DNA from: Eledone cirrhosa
Taxonomy: Eukaryota
Reading direction: 5' to 3'
DNA length: 64,000 nt
Assembly (NCBI GenBank): GCA_964016885.1
Contig: OZ024756.1
Location: 38,068,001-38,132,000, forward strand
A model generated the notes under the pieces. That model did no database searches. It had not been told where the DNA came from and saw nothing but the letters and a program-made list of their open reading frames with translations. The translations under genes were made by a program, and so were the position numbers. Of the stretch, positions 1-14,543 are shown piece after piece (position 1 is the first letter of the stretch; every line of letters begins with the position of its first letter).

Positions 1-104
1 TTAGTAGCTCTACACTACGCCGACGCCAATGCTGGATAGGTTCTTCAACAGGATGCTACCATCAACTCTGTCAAAAGCTTTGCTGAAATCAGGGATACAA
101 CTTC
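1..104 (-). pseudogene. CR1-like LINE reverse transcriptase fragment
   Basis: Minus strand reads DFSKAFDRVDGSILLKNLSSIGV, matching DFSKAFDRVDHNILLRKLSNIGV in the CR1-like ORF at 28.7-30.8 kb. Confidence 0.75.
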
Positions 105-139
105 AGTTTGGGGCCCTTTTTTAATGTATTATACAAACA

Positions 140-177
<38 letters not shown>

Positions 178-218
178 CGAAAATATACATATTTTGTAAA
201 AATCATACTATATATATA

Positions 219-318
219 ATAATTGTTTCTACTTTTGGCACAAGGCCAGCAAATACCCAGTACATTACTGGTACTTTATTTTATCGACCCCGTAAGGATG
301 AAAGGCAAAGTTAACCTT
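219..318 (-). mobile_element. SINE family 1, 3' part
   Basis: Reverse complement of ...ggttaactttgcctttcatccttacggggtcgataaaataaagtaccagtaatg...ggccttgtgccaaaagtagaaacaatt, recurrent through the window. Confidence 0.85.
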
Positions 319-377
319 GAATAATAATAATAAAATAACAGGAGGCTGGACTTGTGTAAATCCTTGAAAGGTTTATT

Positions 378-435
378 ATACTATGATCATTTCAATGACC
401 GGGTTCCGTATGAATCCGGTGATATCATCAGGTAT
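378..435 (-). ncRNA. Minimal hammerhead ribozyme motif (type C), Penelope-like
   Basis: Minus strand: atac-CTGATGA-t-atcaccggattc(atacg)gaacccggtcat-t-GAA-ATGATCAT-A/gtat; helix I atac:gtat, long imperfect helix II, palindromic helix III, AUA triplet. Confidence 0.75.
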
Positions 436-569
436 TCGAAATACAATAAAAGCATGTAACAGATAAAATCCATGGGGCTGAAAATCATAGACCCGAGGAC
501 GAACGACCCTCTAGCATCTTCCACTTTAGCCGGTCGCCCTCAAGTATATATATATATATATATGCGTTT

Positions 570-930
570 GTGTGTGTGAAATATATGATATATATATATA
601 TTATATATACCTATATTCAAAATGTATCCATGTTTGAGTGTGTGAAATATATGATATATATATATATTATATATACATACCTATATTCAAAATGTATCCA
701 TGTTTGAGTGTGTGAAATATATGATATATATATATTATATATACATACCTATATTCAAAATGTATCCATGTTTGAGTGTGTGAAATATATGATGTATATA
801 TATATTATATATACATACCTATATTCAAAATGTATCCATGTTTGAGTGTGTGAAATATATGATGTATATATATTATATATACATACCTATATTCAAAATG
901 TATCCATGTTTGTGTGTGTGCAAATATATG
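570..930. repeat. AT-rich minisatellite, about 60-70 bp unit, 5-6 copies
   Basis: Repeated gtgtgtgaaatatatgatat...acctatattcaaaatgtatccatgtttga. Confidence 0.85.
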
Positions 931-1072
931 TGTATATATGAATAGAGAGATATAGAGAGATAGTCACTATATATTTATATTAGGTATATGTTATATATAT
1001 ATATCATATATAACATGAATATATATGTATCTTATATATTTCATGTATATATGCGTTACGGCTAGTGGGGAG

Positions 1073-1122
1073 TCTTGTTACTGCGAAGTTTCGTCTATGG
1101 ATTCGCAGGTTCATCAGGCAGA
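1073..1122 (-). ncRNA. Degenerate hammerhead-like motif (type F)
   Basis: Minus strand CTGATGA...GAA-ACT(tcgc)AGT-A; helices I and II poorly paired. Confidence 0.4.
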
Positions 1123-1166
1123 TGTTATGTGCAATATATAAAATATAAGTGTAAAATAACCTTATA

Positions 1167-1257
<91 letters not shown>

Positions 1258-1357
1258 CTATATATATATATGTGCATATATATATATGTATGTATATATA
1301 AATATATGTATATATATATGTATATATGCATATATATATGTATATTTATATGTATTT

Positions 1358-1534
1358 AAAGGATCGATCGACTTTCGTCAAATCGGACCGAGGAAACAAT
1401 GTTTCCGTCGGTCTTTCCAATTGCTAATACTATCTATCGGTCGCAACTCCAGGTAGAAGGAGCAACGTGAAATAAAGTGTCTTGCTCAAGGACATAACGC
1501 ATCACGGTCGGTCCAGGAATCGAGCTCACAACCT
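1358..1534 (-). mobile_element. SINE family 2 (tRNA head, CORE-like body, structured tail)
   Basis: Near-identical to 26563-26787 (+) and 46661-46882 (-). Confidence 0.85.
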
Positions 1535-1729
1535 CAATTCCTGTATGTATATATATGTATATATATGTATATATATGTATATATATGTATATATATATAT
1601 GTATATATATGTATGTATATATAAATATGTGTGTGTATATATATATAATTGTTTCTACGTTAGGCACAAGGCCAGCAATTACCCAGTGTATTACTGAGTT
1701 AATATATATTAGATACGTATTATATCCAT

Positions 1730-2620
1730 ATATACATCCACCCATACATCCACCCATACATACATACATACATACATCCACCCATACATACATACATACA
1801 TACATACATACATACATACATACATACATACATACATCCACCCATACATACATACATACATACATACATCCACCCATACATACATACATACATACATACA
1901 TACACCCATACATACATACATCCACCCATACACCCATACATACATACATACATACATACATACATACATACATACATACATACATACATCCACCCATACA
2001 TACATACATACATACATACATCCACCCATACATACATACATACATACATACATACATACATACATCCACCCATACATACATACATACATACATCCACCCA
2101 TACATACATCCACCCATACATACATCCACCCATACATACATACATCCACCCATACATACATACATCCACCCATACATACATCCACCCATACATACGTCCA
2201 CCCATACATACATACATACATACATACATACATCCACCCATACATACATACATCCACCCATACATACATCCACCCATACATACATCCACCCATACATACA
2301 TACATCCACCCATACATACATCCACCCATACATACATACATCCACCCATACATACATACATCCACCCATACATACGTCCACCCATACATACATACATACA
2401 TACATAGATACATCCACCCATACATACATACATCCACCCATACATACATCCACCCATACATACATACATACATACATCCACCCATACATACATACATCCA
2501 CCCATACATACATACATACATACATACATCCACCCATACATACATACATCCACCCATACATACATACATCCACCCATACATACATCCACCCATACATCCA
2601 CCCATACATACATACATACA
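1730..2620. repeat. (CATA)n microsatellite with CATCCACC variant units
   Basis: Direct inspection. Confidence 0.95.
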
Positions 2621-2705
2621 TTATATCCGTTTCCCGCCTTCAGTAGTGCAGCAAGTGACATATACGATATGTAAACTGCAATCAGCACATTATATCAACA
2701 GTCGC

Positions 2706-2785
2706 TACTACTACTACTACTACCACTACTACCACTACTACCACTACTACTACTACCACTACTACCACTACTACCACTACTACAA

Positions 2786-2816
<31 letters not shown>

Positions 2817-3085
2817 CACTACTACTGCTACTACCACTACTACTACTACTACCACTACTACTACTACTACTACCACTACTACTACTACTACTGCTACTAC
2901 CACTACTGCTACTACTACTACTACTACTACTACCACTACTACCACTACCACTACTACTACTACTACTACAACTACCACTACCACTACTACAACTACCACT
3001 ACTACTACTACTACTACTACTGCTACTACCACTACTACTACTACTACTACTACCACTACTACTACTACTACTACTACCACTACCG

Positions 3086-3116
<31 letters not shown>

Positions 3117-3294
3117 CACTACTACCACTACCACTACCACTACTACTACTACTACTACCACTACTACTACCACTACGTTTACTACTACTACTACTACTAC
3201 TACTATTACTACTACTACTACTACCACCGCCACCACTACAAGTACTACAGTTACTACTACTACTACTACTACTAATAATAATAATACCACCACC

Positions 3295-3344
<50 letters not shown>

Positions 3345-3485
3345 TACTACGACTACTAATGCCACCACCACCACTACTACCACCACCACCACCACCACCA
3401 CCACTACTACGACTACTAATACCCCACCCCCACCACCACCACCACCACCACCACCACCACCACTACTACGACTACTAATACCACC

Positions 3486-3517
<32 letters not shown>

Positions 3518-3581
3518 CACTATGTTTACTACTACTACTACTACCACTACTACTACTACCACCACCAACACCACAACCACC

Positions 3582-3616
<35 letters not shown>

Positions 3617-3650
3617 CACTACTACTACTACCACCACCACCACCACCACC

Positions 3651-3694
<44 letters not shown>

Positions 3695-3730
3695 CACTAC
3701 TACTACTACCACTACTACTACCACTATGTT

Positions 3731-3781
<51 letters not shown>

Positions 3782-3782
3782 G

Positions 3783-3872
<90 letters not shown>
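2706..3872. repeat. (ACT)n/(ACC)n trinucleotide array
   Basis: Direct inspection; source of the poly-Y/V/T pseudo-ORFs. Confidence 0.95.
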
Positions 3873-3874
<2 letters not shown>

Positions 3875-3943
3875 AGTGTTATAACCCAACAGATTATCAA
3901 CGTGGTGGACGGCCTGTTGCCAGCATAGTTGGTCTGGCTTGTA

Positions 3944-4920
3944 GTGTGTGTGTGTGGGCGTCTATGTTTCTGTGTGTGTGTGTGTCAGTGTGGACGTCTA
4001 TGTTTCTGTGTGTGTGTGTGTCAGTGTGGACGTCTATGTGTGTGTGTCAGTGTGGACGTCTATGTGTGTGTGTGTGTGTCTCAGTGTGGCCGTCTATGTG
4101 TGTGTCAGTGTGGCCGTCTATGTGTGTGTGTGTGTGTGTGGCCGTCTATGTCTGTGTGTGGGCGTCTATGTGTGTGTGTGTCAGTGTGGATGTCTGTGTG
4201 TGTGTGTGTCAGTGTGGACATCTATGTGTGTGTGTGTCAGTGTGGATGTCTGTGTGTGTGTGTGTCAGTGTGGACGTCTATGTGTGTGTGTGTGTGTGTC
4301 AGTGTGCATGTCTATGTGTGTGTGTGTCAGTGTGGACGTTTATGTGTGTGTGTGTGTGTGTCAGTGTGGACGTCTATGTGTGTGTGTGTCAGTGTGGACG
4401 TCTATGTGTGTGTGTGTCAGCGTGGACGTCTATGTGTGTGTGTGTGTCAGTGTGGACGTCTATGTGTGTGTGTGGGTGTGTCAGTGTGGACGTCTATGTG
4501 TGTGTGTGTGTGTGTGTCAGTGTGGACGTCTATGTGTGTGTGTGTGTGTGTCAGTGTGGACGTCTATGTTTCTGTGTGTGTGTGTGTGTATGTGTTGCCG
4601 TCTATGTCTCTCTGAGTGTGTGTGTGTGTGTGTGGCCGTCTATGTCTGTGTGTGTGTATGTGTGGCTGTCTCTGTGTGTATATATGTGTGTGCCATGTCA
4701 ATGTGTATACTTCTATGCTTGTGTGTCCGTTTATCTGTTTGCCTGTTTCTCTGTTGCCTGTGTGTGTGTGTGATGCTTGTGTGTGTGTGTGTTCGTGTGA
4801 TGCTTGTGTGTGTGTGTGTTCGTGTGTGTGGGTGTGTGCGTGTGAAATGCTTGTGTGTGTGAGAGATGCTTGCGTGTGTGTGTGTTCGTGTGTTCGTGTG
4901 TGTGTGTGTGTGTATCAGTA
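3944..4920. repeat. (TG)n-based minisatellite with cagtgtggacgtcta core
   Basis: Repeated tcagtgtggacgtctatg(tg)n. Confidence 0.9.
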
Positions 4921-4970
4921 TAGTAATTTGTCTGTCTTTTGGTATTTCAATATGTCTGTGTATCTGGTAT

Positions 4971-5035
<65 letters not shown>

Positions 5036-5959
5036 ATATATATATATGTGTGTGTGTGTAGGGGGGGGGACCTATAACTCTTGGTGAATTCCGGATCTGA
5101 ACAGAACTGTTTTCTTTCACAGAAGTGGAGGAAATGACGAACAGATATAGAGGAAGAAAGACCCCAGTACTTGACTGGTACCCAAACAACAGCATCTCTC
5201 TTTCTCTCTCTGTATATATATATATATATATATATATGTGTCCATGTCCACCTGTCTAACTCCCGCTCTACCTGATTATCTACCTGTCTGTTTACCTGTC
5301 TGTCAACTTGCCTATTTACCTGTCTGTCTAACCGTCCATCTACCTGACTATCAATCTCTCTGCCTGTCTTTCTGTCTGTCTGTCTATCTATAGTTATATC
5401 TTCATGTATATTTACCAATGTATCTATCTTCGAACAATTACAACAACAAAGCACAAATCCCAATAACAGTCTCAAGATAGATAGATGCATCTATATGTAC
5501 ATATATGTCCTTCGTAGGCCTTCCCCCCTCCCAAAGTAGTGAGATTAGTGTAGACGATGTTCAGTTTTTACAATGACTGAATGGTTTACAGTTTCGATAT
5601 GCAGTCCTCGGCTTCGATCTCAATGCATGGAATTTCTGGCATGTGTGTCTTTTACTGTGGTCTCGTGAATAACATTTAATAATTTTAACATAAAATAAAG
5701 TTAGTATTTTACGAGCTTCGAGTCTCACCCGGCTGCAGGTTATCCCGTTTGTCCACGTGGTGGAAGTTGACTGAGAGAATTAATTTATCCTATCCTTGCG
5801 GGAACTCCAGCACGTTTCCCGTTCCAGTCCTCTCAACTGGAAAAATATACAGGTAACCGTCTCTTTAATAATTCTGCTAATTTTCCGTCCTCTACTGTTA
5901 CCTTATCGATTCTGAAAATAATCGGCAGAACGCGAGGATCCATTTTTCATATCACAAAG

Positions 5960-6045
5960 TATTGGGTCGTCAAGTATGAAATTTGTAGAAATTTATAGTA
6001 AAAAAAAAACAAATTTCTACAAATTTCATACTTGACCACCCAATA
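5960..6045. repeat. 35-bp-arm inverted repeat (1 mismatch) with A-rich spacer
   Basis: tattgggtcgtcaagtatgaaatttgtagaaattt / aaatttctacaaatttcatacttgaccacccaata. Confidence 0.9.
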
Positions 6046-6220
6046 TCTTGTCTGACTCTTAACTGTCCCGCAATTTACTAAACTAATAAATATTGTTAAA
6101 TGTAGTAGAATAGATTACAGGAAAGGTGTCCCCCATAACTGGTGCAGTCTGTCATTGGGGGGAGCACTCTAAACATTCTAGCATTCAGCAGTTTCTACAG
6201 GTCTCTATTTTTCGTCATAC

Positions 6221-6606
6221 TCAGAAAGGTCGCAGTATTGTGGCATGTCCAGTCCTCAGAAAGGTCGCAGTGTTGTGGCCTGTCAAGTCCTCAGACGGGT
6301 CGCAGTATTGTGACATGTCCAGTCCTCAGAAAGGTCGCAGTGTTGTGGCCTGTCAAGTCCTCAGACGGGTCGCAGTATTGTGACATGTCCAGTCCTCAGA
6401 AAGGTCGCAGTGTTGTGGCCTGTCAAGTCCTCAGACGGGTCGCAGTATTGTGACATGTCCAGTCCTCAGAAAGGTCGCAGTGTTGTGGCCTGTCAAGTCC
6501 TCAGACGGGTCGCAGTATTGTGACATGTCCAGTCCTCAGAAAGGTCGCAGTGTTGTGGCCTGTCAAGTCCTCAGACGGGTCGCAGTATTGTGACATGTCT
6601 AGTCCT
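6221..6606. repeat. 70-bp (2x35) minisatellite, about 5.5 copies
   Basis: cagtcctcagaaaggtcgcagtgttgtggcctgtca + agtcctcagacgggtcgcagtattgtgacatgtc repeated. Confidence 0.95.
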
Positions 6607-6690
6607 TGATGTTGTCGAACCAGAATTTTCTTTGTCTGCCTCTTCTTCATTCTTCCTTCAACTGATCACTGGAGAATGGTTTTGGACAGG
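6595..6690 (-). pseudogene. RTE-clade LINE C-terminal fragment
   Basis: Minus strand with a frameshift: LSKTILQ*SVEG..RRGRQRKFWFDNIKD, a typical RTE ORF end. Confidence 0.65.
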
Positions 6691-7176
6691 GCAGGAATCA
6701 TGGCAGTTGTTTAGAACAAAAAATAATGTCTTTCATTATTAACATTGGAGTTTAAGCAAAACAACAACAACATAAAAGAAAAGAAAAGAAAAGAAAAGAG
6801 AACAAAAGAAAACAAATAAACAAAAAAAGCATCATCAAGTGAAATATTTTAGTGAAATAAGGTAATAAATTTGACAGATAAATGGTGAAAGAAACGTGTG
6901 AGGGTAGGCACAGATCTATAGAGCTATCGATTTTTACGTCTATAACGTATATAAATTGCTAGGGGCAGTCAACTGTTTCAGAAAACGTATTGGGTTTGAG
7001 CAACGATACGCAACGCTTACCCGAAACTTTCGAGGCAAAGAATACATAGAGAGTTTTTCAGTAGCAGTCTGCTTGCTTGTGGCTACCATTATATACATTT
7101 ACGCTCGTTAACAATTGTTGGAACCAGAACGATTTTTTCACGGCGAAAATTCCCTGTTTCATCAAAACTGTTTCAT

Positions 7177-7240
<64 letters not shown>

Positions 7241-7270
7241 TAGCCTTCAGAAACATTCACATCCACACAA

Positions 7271-7327
<57 letters not shown>

Positions 7328-7564
7328 TGTATATATATATATGTGTGTGTGTGTGTGTACATATATATATATACATATATATATATATACATATATACAC
7401 ACACACACACATATATATATATATGTATATATATACATACATATAAATATATACATATATATATATATACATACATATAAATATGTATATATACACAGAC
7501 ATATCTATATACATACATATAAACATATATATATATATATATATACGCACACGCACACACACGC

Positions 7565-7606
<42 letters not shown>

Positions 7607-8850
7607 GCCCATTCATCTTTTCGTTTCAGAGAAGGTGATGTAATACTAGTTTCACATCTATAATTGGAAGCAATGTGAAACCAGGTTTGACCGGAATTAT
7701 ATTTCAAAATTTTGAGATAACTATTGGTCAAATAACTACAACTAGCAATGTCGAAACCGACGGAAGCCCATTTATCTTCTTTTTTTTTTTTTTTCTCTAT
7801 TTCCGAGAATGTAACGTTGTTAGTTTCGATATCTGTAAATGAAAGAAAGTCTAGGTGATGCTCGGCTCAAGCAGGTCAAAAGCTGTCTGAAATAATAGGG
7901 TGTCAGAGGATTTTTAAGCAGTCATTTTCACATGAATGCATGATTCAGAAATTTATCTGGAGATATTAAAGTGAGTTTATTGTCAGAGATTGATTTCTGT
8001 AGCTATTCACTATTCAACATGTTTACATCACCCATTCATTATTTCGAGTGGCATGGATTACAACAGGTTTATGTAACCAACTACGAATTTCACAATAGAG
8101 ACGACCACTGGATGCAACATATACAGTCCATGCACACGCATGCGTACATATTCATATATATATGCATATGCATATGCATATGCATATATATATGTATACA
8201 TATACATACACATGCGTATATATACATATGCATATACACATATACATGTATGCATATACATACTTATATATAAATGCAAATATATACTTGTATATATACA
8301 TATATTACATACATATACATACACATACATATAAATACATGCTCATATATACATATATACACATAAATACATTTAAATATAAGGGTAAATATATACTTAT
8401 ATATACATACACATACATACGTTTATATATAGGGGAAATATATACTTATATATACATATACATACATACATACATACATACATACATACATACATACATA
8501 CATACATACGTACACACATATATACATACATACACACATTTACACACATGCACATACACATATACACATACATACACCTATCCGTACACACACGCTATAA
8601 ACTATCAGCCTCTTGTCAAAATTTTGAGGGCGTTGAACTCAATTAGACGGGCAATTTCACAGAGTTGTTAAAACGTTGCAAATTCATTTAGCTTCTGTTC
8701 GCTCTGTTTAAAACAAACCTGTTGAGATCTACTTAGCCTTTCCTCCCTTTGAAATACATAAAGAAAGTACCAGTTGTCATGTGAACATTCTTGATATTCA
8801 GTTTGATAAAAGGAGTGAGTGTTGAGAGGGTGCCATTGTTTTCACGTTTT

Positions 8851-9400
8851 TACATGGTACCCTAAAACTCCTGGTGAAAGTATGGTACACACTTCCAAGT
8901 TACACTACAAGAGTACCTAAAACTCTTAGTGAAAGTATGGTACATACTTCCAAGTCACACTACATGGTCCCCTAAAACTCCTGGTGAAAGTATGGTACAT
9001 ACTTCCAAGTCACACTACATGGTCCCCTAAAACTCCTGGTGAAAGTATGGTACATACTTCCAAGTCACACTACATGGTCCCCTAAAACTCCTGGTGAAAG
9101 TATGGTACATACTTCCAAGTCACACTACATGGTCCCCTAAAACTCTTGGTGAAAGTATGGTACATACTTCCAAGTCACACTACATGGTCCCCTAAAACTC
9201 CTGGTGAAAGTATGGTACATACTTCCAAGTCACACTACATGGTCCCCTAAAACTCTTGGTGAAAGTATGGTACATACTTCCAAGTCACACTACATGGTCC
9301 CCTAAAACTCCTGGTGAAAGTATGGTACATAATCTCAAGGCACACTACATGGTTCCCTAAAACTCTTAGAGAAAACAAGTACATACTCCCATGTCACACT
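8851..9400. repeat. 55-bp minisatellite, about 10 copies
   Basis: tacatggtcccctaaaactcctggtgaaagtatggtacatacttccaagtcacac repeated. Confidence 0.95.
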
Positions 9401-9824
9401 CGATGACAACTGGCACAAAAAAGGAAAGAGTCAGTCAATGCCTGTTTGCGACCAAGTTACTGACACAATTCAACTGCAACACCACTGCAGTGGAACTGTG
9501 ACAGTGACCAGGTCATAAACGGTGCGACGAAAATGTTGACATCATGAAATAATATAAAGTGAATTTTAAGTTCTTGGGTTTTTGAATGGCTAAAATGACT
9601 CTATTTCCACGATGTAATTGCTTGAGCTTCAACACATGGTCTCAGATCAAGTTACCTGCCAAACAAGTACAACTGTGGCTCAAATGACTCCTCCATGATG
9701 CAATTACTTTAGTTTCAGCAGTCTCAGATCAAATTACTTGCCAGACAAGAACAATAATTCATGTAATAAAATATGCATTTTAAGCTGTTTTAAATCATCG
9801 AGATTCTTCTCTCATAAAGACTTC

Positions 9825-10302
9825 TTTTCTTCTTCGCCAACTTATTCCTGGGAGGGTCGTGCAGGCAGAGTCCTCAAACACTCCTTCCAGCGGGTCCTGT
9901 CAGAAGCAACCGTCTCCAACTGATCCGACTGGATCCCCAAGCCTGACCAGTCAAGCTCATGGATGTTATCCAACCATCTTGCTCGGGGTCTATTGCCTGT
10001 TGGTTTCGCCCGTAAAATCTGTCCATCGATTCTTTCCTGAGACATTCTAACCACATACCCATAGTATCAGAGCTCTGATCTCTCAATTCTGAGAAGTAGC
10101 GGCTCTACCTAGAGCAACTCTCTGATCTCAGAGCAACAGATCTGTCCAGTGGTTCTTTCCTGGGACATTCTAACCACATATCCACAGTATCAGAGCTGTG
10201 ATCTCCCAATTCTGAGAAGTAGCGGCTCTGCCTGGATTGACTCTATTTCAGAGTTACTCACTTTATCGAGTAACGTTACTCCAAAGACCCTTCGGAGGAA
10301 AC
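9825..10302 (-). pseudogene. RTE-clade LINE 3' end, degraded, with an internal duplication
   Basis: Minus strand FLRRVFGVTLLDKVSNSEI...EPLLLRI...VVRMSQER...RPRARWLDNI...ASDRTRWKECL; 10035-10110 repeats 10155-10230. Confidence 0.75.
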
Positions 10303-10660
10303 CCATAAAGACTCTACGAATAATTAAATGTCTTCATTCTAACTTCAGTTGTGTAATCTAAAATTGACTTTTTATAAGTACACGGTGACACAATACACGA
10401 AATCTGAACCCACGATCAAAGTTCATGTCACAATATTTCGTATGGAAAAATATGAATTTTAAACTGATTTAAATATATCGAGATTTTCCTGTCATAGAGA
10501 AATAGATTTAGTAAAATATCTAGAGAGTTGAAGAATCAACTCCATTAATGGACTGGTACTTTATTTATCGATCTCGAAGTTGATCTCAGCAGCAGGATTT
10601 TAACTCAAAGCTCAGAGAACCGAGACTAATACAGCAAAACATTCACACCGACGTTTTATA

Positions 10661-11055
10661 AGGGCGGTGGATTGGCAGTATCGGTAGAAGGTCGCACGCC
10701 ATGCTTTGCAGCAAAGAGTTACGGCCCTTTATGGTCTGAGTTCAAATCCCGCCGAGGTTAACTTTGCCTTTCATCCTTACGGGGTCGATGAAATAAAGTA
10801 CCAGTAATACACTGGAATAATTATTGCTGTAGGGCGGTGGATTAGTGGTATCGGTAGAGCGCCGGACACCCTGCTTTGCAGAATAGAGTTGCGGCCATTT
10901 AAGTTCTGAGTTCAAATCCCGTCGAGGTTAGCTTTACTTCTCATCCTTACGGGGTCGATAGAGTAAAGCACAAGTAATGTGCTTGGGGTCGATTTAAACG
11001 ACTTTCCCCTTCCCTTCAAATCGCTGCCCTTGTGCCTATAGGAGAAACAATTATT
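10661..11055 (+). mobile_element. Two tandem SINE family 1 copies (10661-10825, 10831-11055)
   Basis: A-box-like ggtggattggcagtatcggtag, B-box-like gagttcaaatccc, family body and 3' tail. Confidence 0.9.
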
Positions 11056-11058
11056 AAT

Positions 11059-11118
<60 letters not shown>

Positions 11119-11122
11119 GCAC

Positions 11123-11163
<41 letters not shown>

Positions 11164-11426
11164 TATTAATAATAAATTTGACGACTAAATGTATACACAA
11201 GTAAACACGTGCGTGCGTGCGTGACGCAAATATTGGCGTTCGCCAATAATAAATAAAACAACAACAACAACAACAACAACTAATAATAATAATAATAATA
11301 CAGGAAAAAATAACAAAGCTGTGTGTGTTGTCTACGTGAGTAAGGCACTGACGGAACACACTTAGGCTAATCTGAGAGCGTGCCCTATATATATATATAT
11401 AGGGCACGCTATATATATGTGTGTGC

Positions 11427-11519
<93 letters not shown>

Positions 11520-11746
11520 GCATGTGTATGTATATCTGTGTCTATCGATATAGTGTCTAGTCTGTAGGCGGGGTCTAGACATTCTCAGATAAGAGATATT
11601 GTTATCTAACTGTATATCTATATTTCTATATTGGACACTTGGGTGACGTCACTATTATATTATTCAAGTACTATATCCTTCAAAACAGAAAACATACCTG
11701 AATCCACACTCTCAAACGCTCTTATGTATTCTTCTCACCTCACACG

Positions 11747-11829
<83 letters not shown>

Positions 11830-11833
<4 letters not shown>

Positions 11834-12065
11834 ATTAAATAAATGGAAACTATATTTATAAAACCATATTTATTTCATTATATATATTTCGGGGATATCA
11901 TATTAACAATATGCTATGCCTTCCTCAGACAAAATACAATATAAACAGTTTTATAGATAAATAGATTCGACATACCGTTATAACACCGACTTCCATTTGA
12001 AGAGGTTTAAGCTGGCAGGTTTATATCAGTTATAAATATTTACTAGTTGTAACCCAACAATTTTA
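11830..12065 (-). mobile_element. Hammerhead-bearing element type B; HHR at 11871-11936
   Basis: Minus strand: tattttgt-CTGAGGA-aggcatagcatatt(gtt)aatatgatatcccc-GAA-ATATATAT-A/atgaaata; homologous to 14092-14345; next to (TA)n. Confidence 0.7.
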
Positions 12066-12078
12066 AATATAACTTTCC

Positions 12079-12110
<32 letters not shown>

Positions 12111-12111
12111 G

Positions 12112-12146
<35 letters not shown>

Positions 12147-12186
12147 TGAGTACTTCTCGATCGTAACCACATATGTTCTCCAATCC

Positions 12187-12221
<35 letters not shown>

Positions 12222-12251
12222 TGTATGTATGTATTTATGTATGTATGTATG

Positions 12252-12289
<38 letters not shown>

Positions 12290-12307
12290 TGTTCACATAT
12301 CTATCTA

Positions 12308-13350
<1,043 letters not shown>

Positions 13351-13740
13351 AGATAATAAAGGTGCTAAGAAAGCATTGTATTCAATGTATTATATCTGAG
13401 TGTTTATCTTTGTCAGACACATGTTGAAAATATCTTGGCCTTGAGCTATAAACAACGCATCAAAGAAGAACGAGCCCCTTAACCTTCTTAAAGATTTTCT
13501 TTCCATAACGATTGTATATACATATATGTATGTATGTGTTTATGAGTTGTGTGTTTTTGTGTTCTTGTGTGTGTATGGCATTTTGTGTGTGTGTTGTACT
13601 TAGCGCAAGAACAAGAGTCTAATTATAAATGAGTTCTCAATACATATAGTTATGTGTCATCAGTAGAGAATATGTATGTTTGTTTCATAAATTTGAAAAA
13701 CTGCCACAAGAATTCGTTTTGGGGGACTTACCTTGTGTCT

Positions 13741-13863
<123 letters not shown>

Positions 13864-13919
13864 TATTTATATATATATACACACACACATATAAATGTAT
13901 TTCTCTCTCAATATATATA

Positions 13920-14070
13920 AGTTTATTCCGCGTTCAATCAGTTGTAACCACAGTAAGGTACTCAATACAAAGCAGAGTATAAATATTTATATAGAAAGGC
14001 TTCTACAAGACTAGAACTGTTTCATTCGGGAGAAATCATCAGGAAGTCCTGTAGAAGCTTTTCTATATTA
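13920..14070 (-). mobile_element. Hammerhead-bearing element type A; HHR at 14000-14046 (-)
   Basis: Minus strand cttc-CTGATGA-t-ttc(tccc)gaa-t-GAA-ACAG(ttctagtc)TTGT-A/gaag; conserved flank with gtattgagtacc. Confidence 0.8.
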
Positions 14071-14091
14071 AATATATATATATATATATGC

Positions 14092-14345
14092 AAAAATTGT
14101 TGGGATACAACAAGTAAATATTTTTATAACTGATATAAAGCACTCGACAAGTATTTGGAGTAGATATACGATATTAACAAATGGAAACTATATTTATAAA
14201 ACCATATTTATTTCATTATACATATTTCAAGGATACCAAGTTAAATTATGGTATGCCTTCATCAGACAAAATACAATATATACCAGTTTTATAAATAAAC
14301 ATTGACGTACCCTTTCAAAATGCGACCGTTAATTTTGGAAGACAT
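14092..14345 (-). mobile_element. Hammerhead-bearing element type B; HHR at 14209-14273
   Basis: Minus strand tattttgt-CTGATGA-aggcatacca(taatttaact)tggtatcctt-GAA-ATATGTAT-A/atgaaata. Confidence 0.7.
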
Positions 14346-14377
14346 CAGGATATATATATATATATAGAGAGAGAGAT

Positions 14378-14543
14378 AAGTTTATCCCAGGTTCAATCGG
14401 GGGTAATCACAGTAAGTAAGGTACTCAATACATAGCAGAGTATAAAAGTTTTAATATAGAAATGGCTTCTACAGGACTAGAACAGCTTCCTGATGATTTC
14501 TCACGAATGAAACAGTTCTAGTCCTGTAGAAGCTCTTCTATAT
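14378..14543 (+). mobile_element. Hammerhead-bearing element type A; best-preserved HHR at 14484-14534 (+)
   Basis: agcttc-CTGATGA-t-ttc(tcac)gaa-t-GAA-ACAG(ttctagtc)CTGT-A/gaagct; 6-bp helix I, GUA triplet, predicted cut after 14528. Confidence 0.8.

Noticed and set aside
5806-5840. Hammerhead-like motif on the minus strand (ccag-TTGAGAG...GAAACGTG-ctgg)
   Set aside because: G at position 9, GUG triplet and no helix II; too degenerate
8851-9400. Regular 35-70 bp repeats as CRISPR arrays (also 6221, 14795, 44808)
   Set aside because: No unique spacers, no cas genes, and a eukaryotic context
11553-11592. Minus-strand CTGAGAA plus tgtctag/ctagaca stem
   Set aside because: No GAAA or cleavage half present
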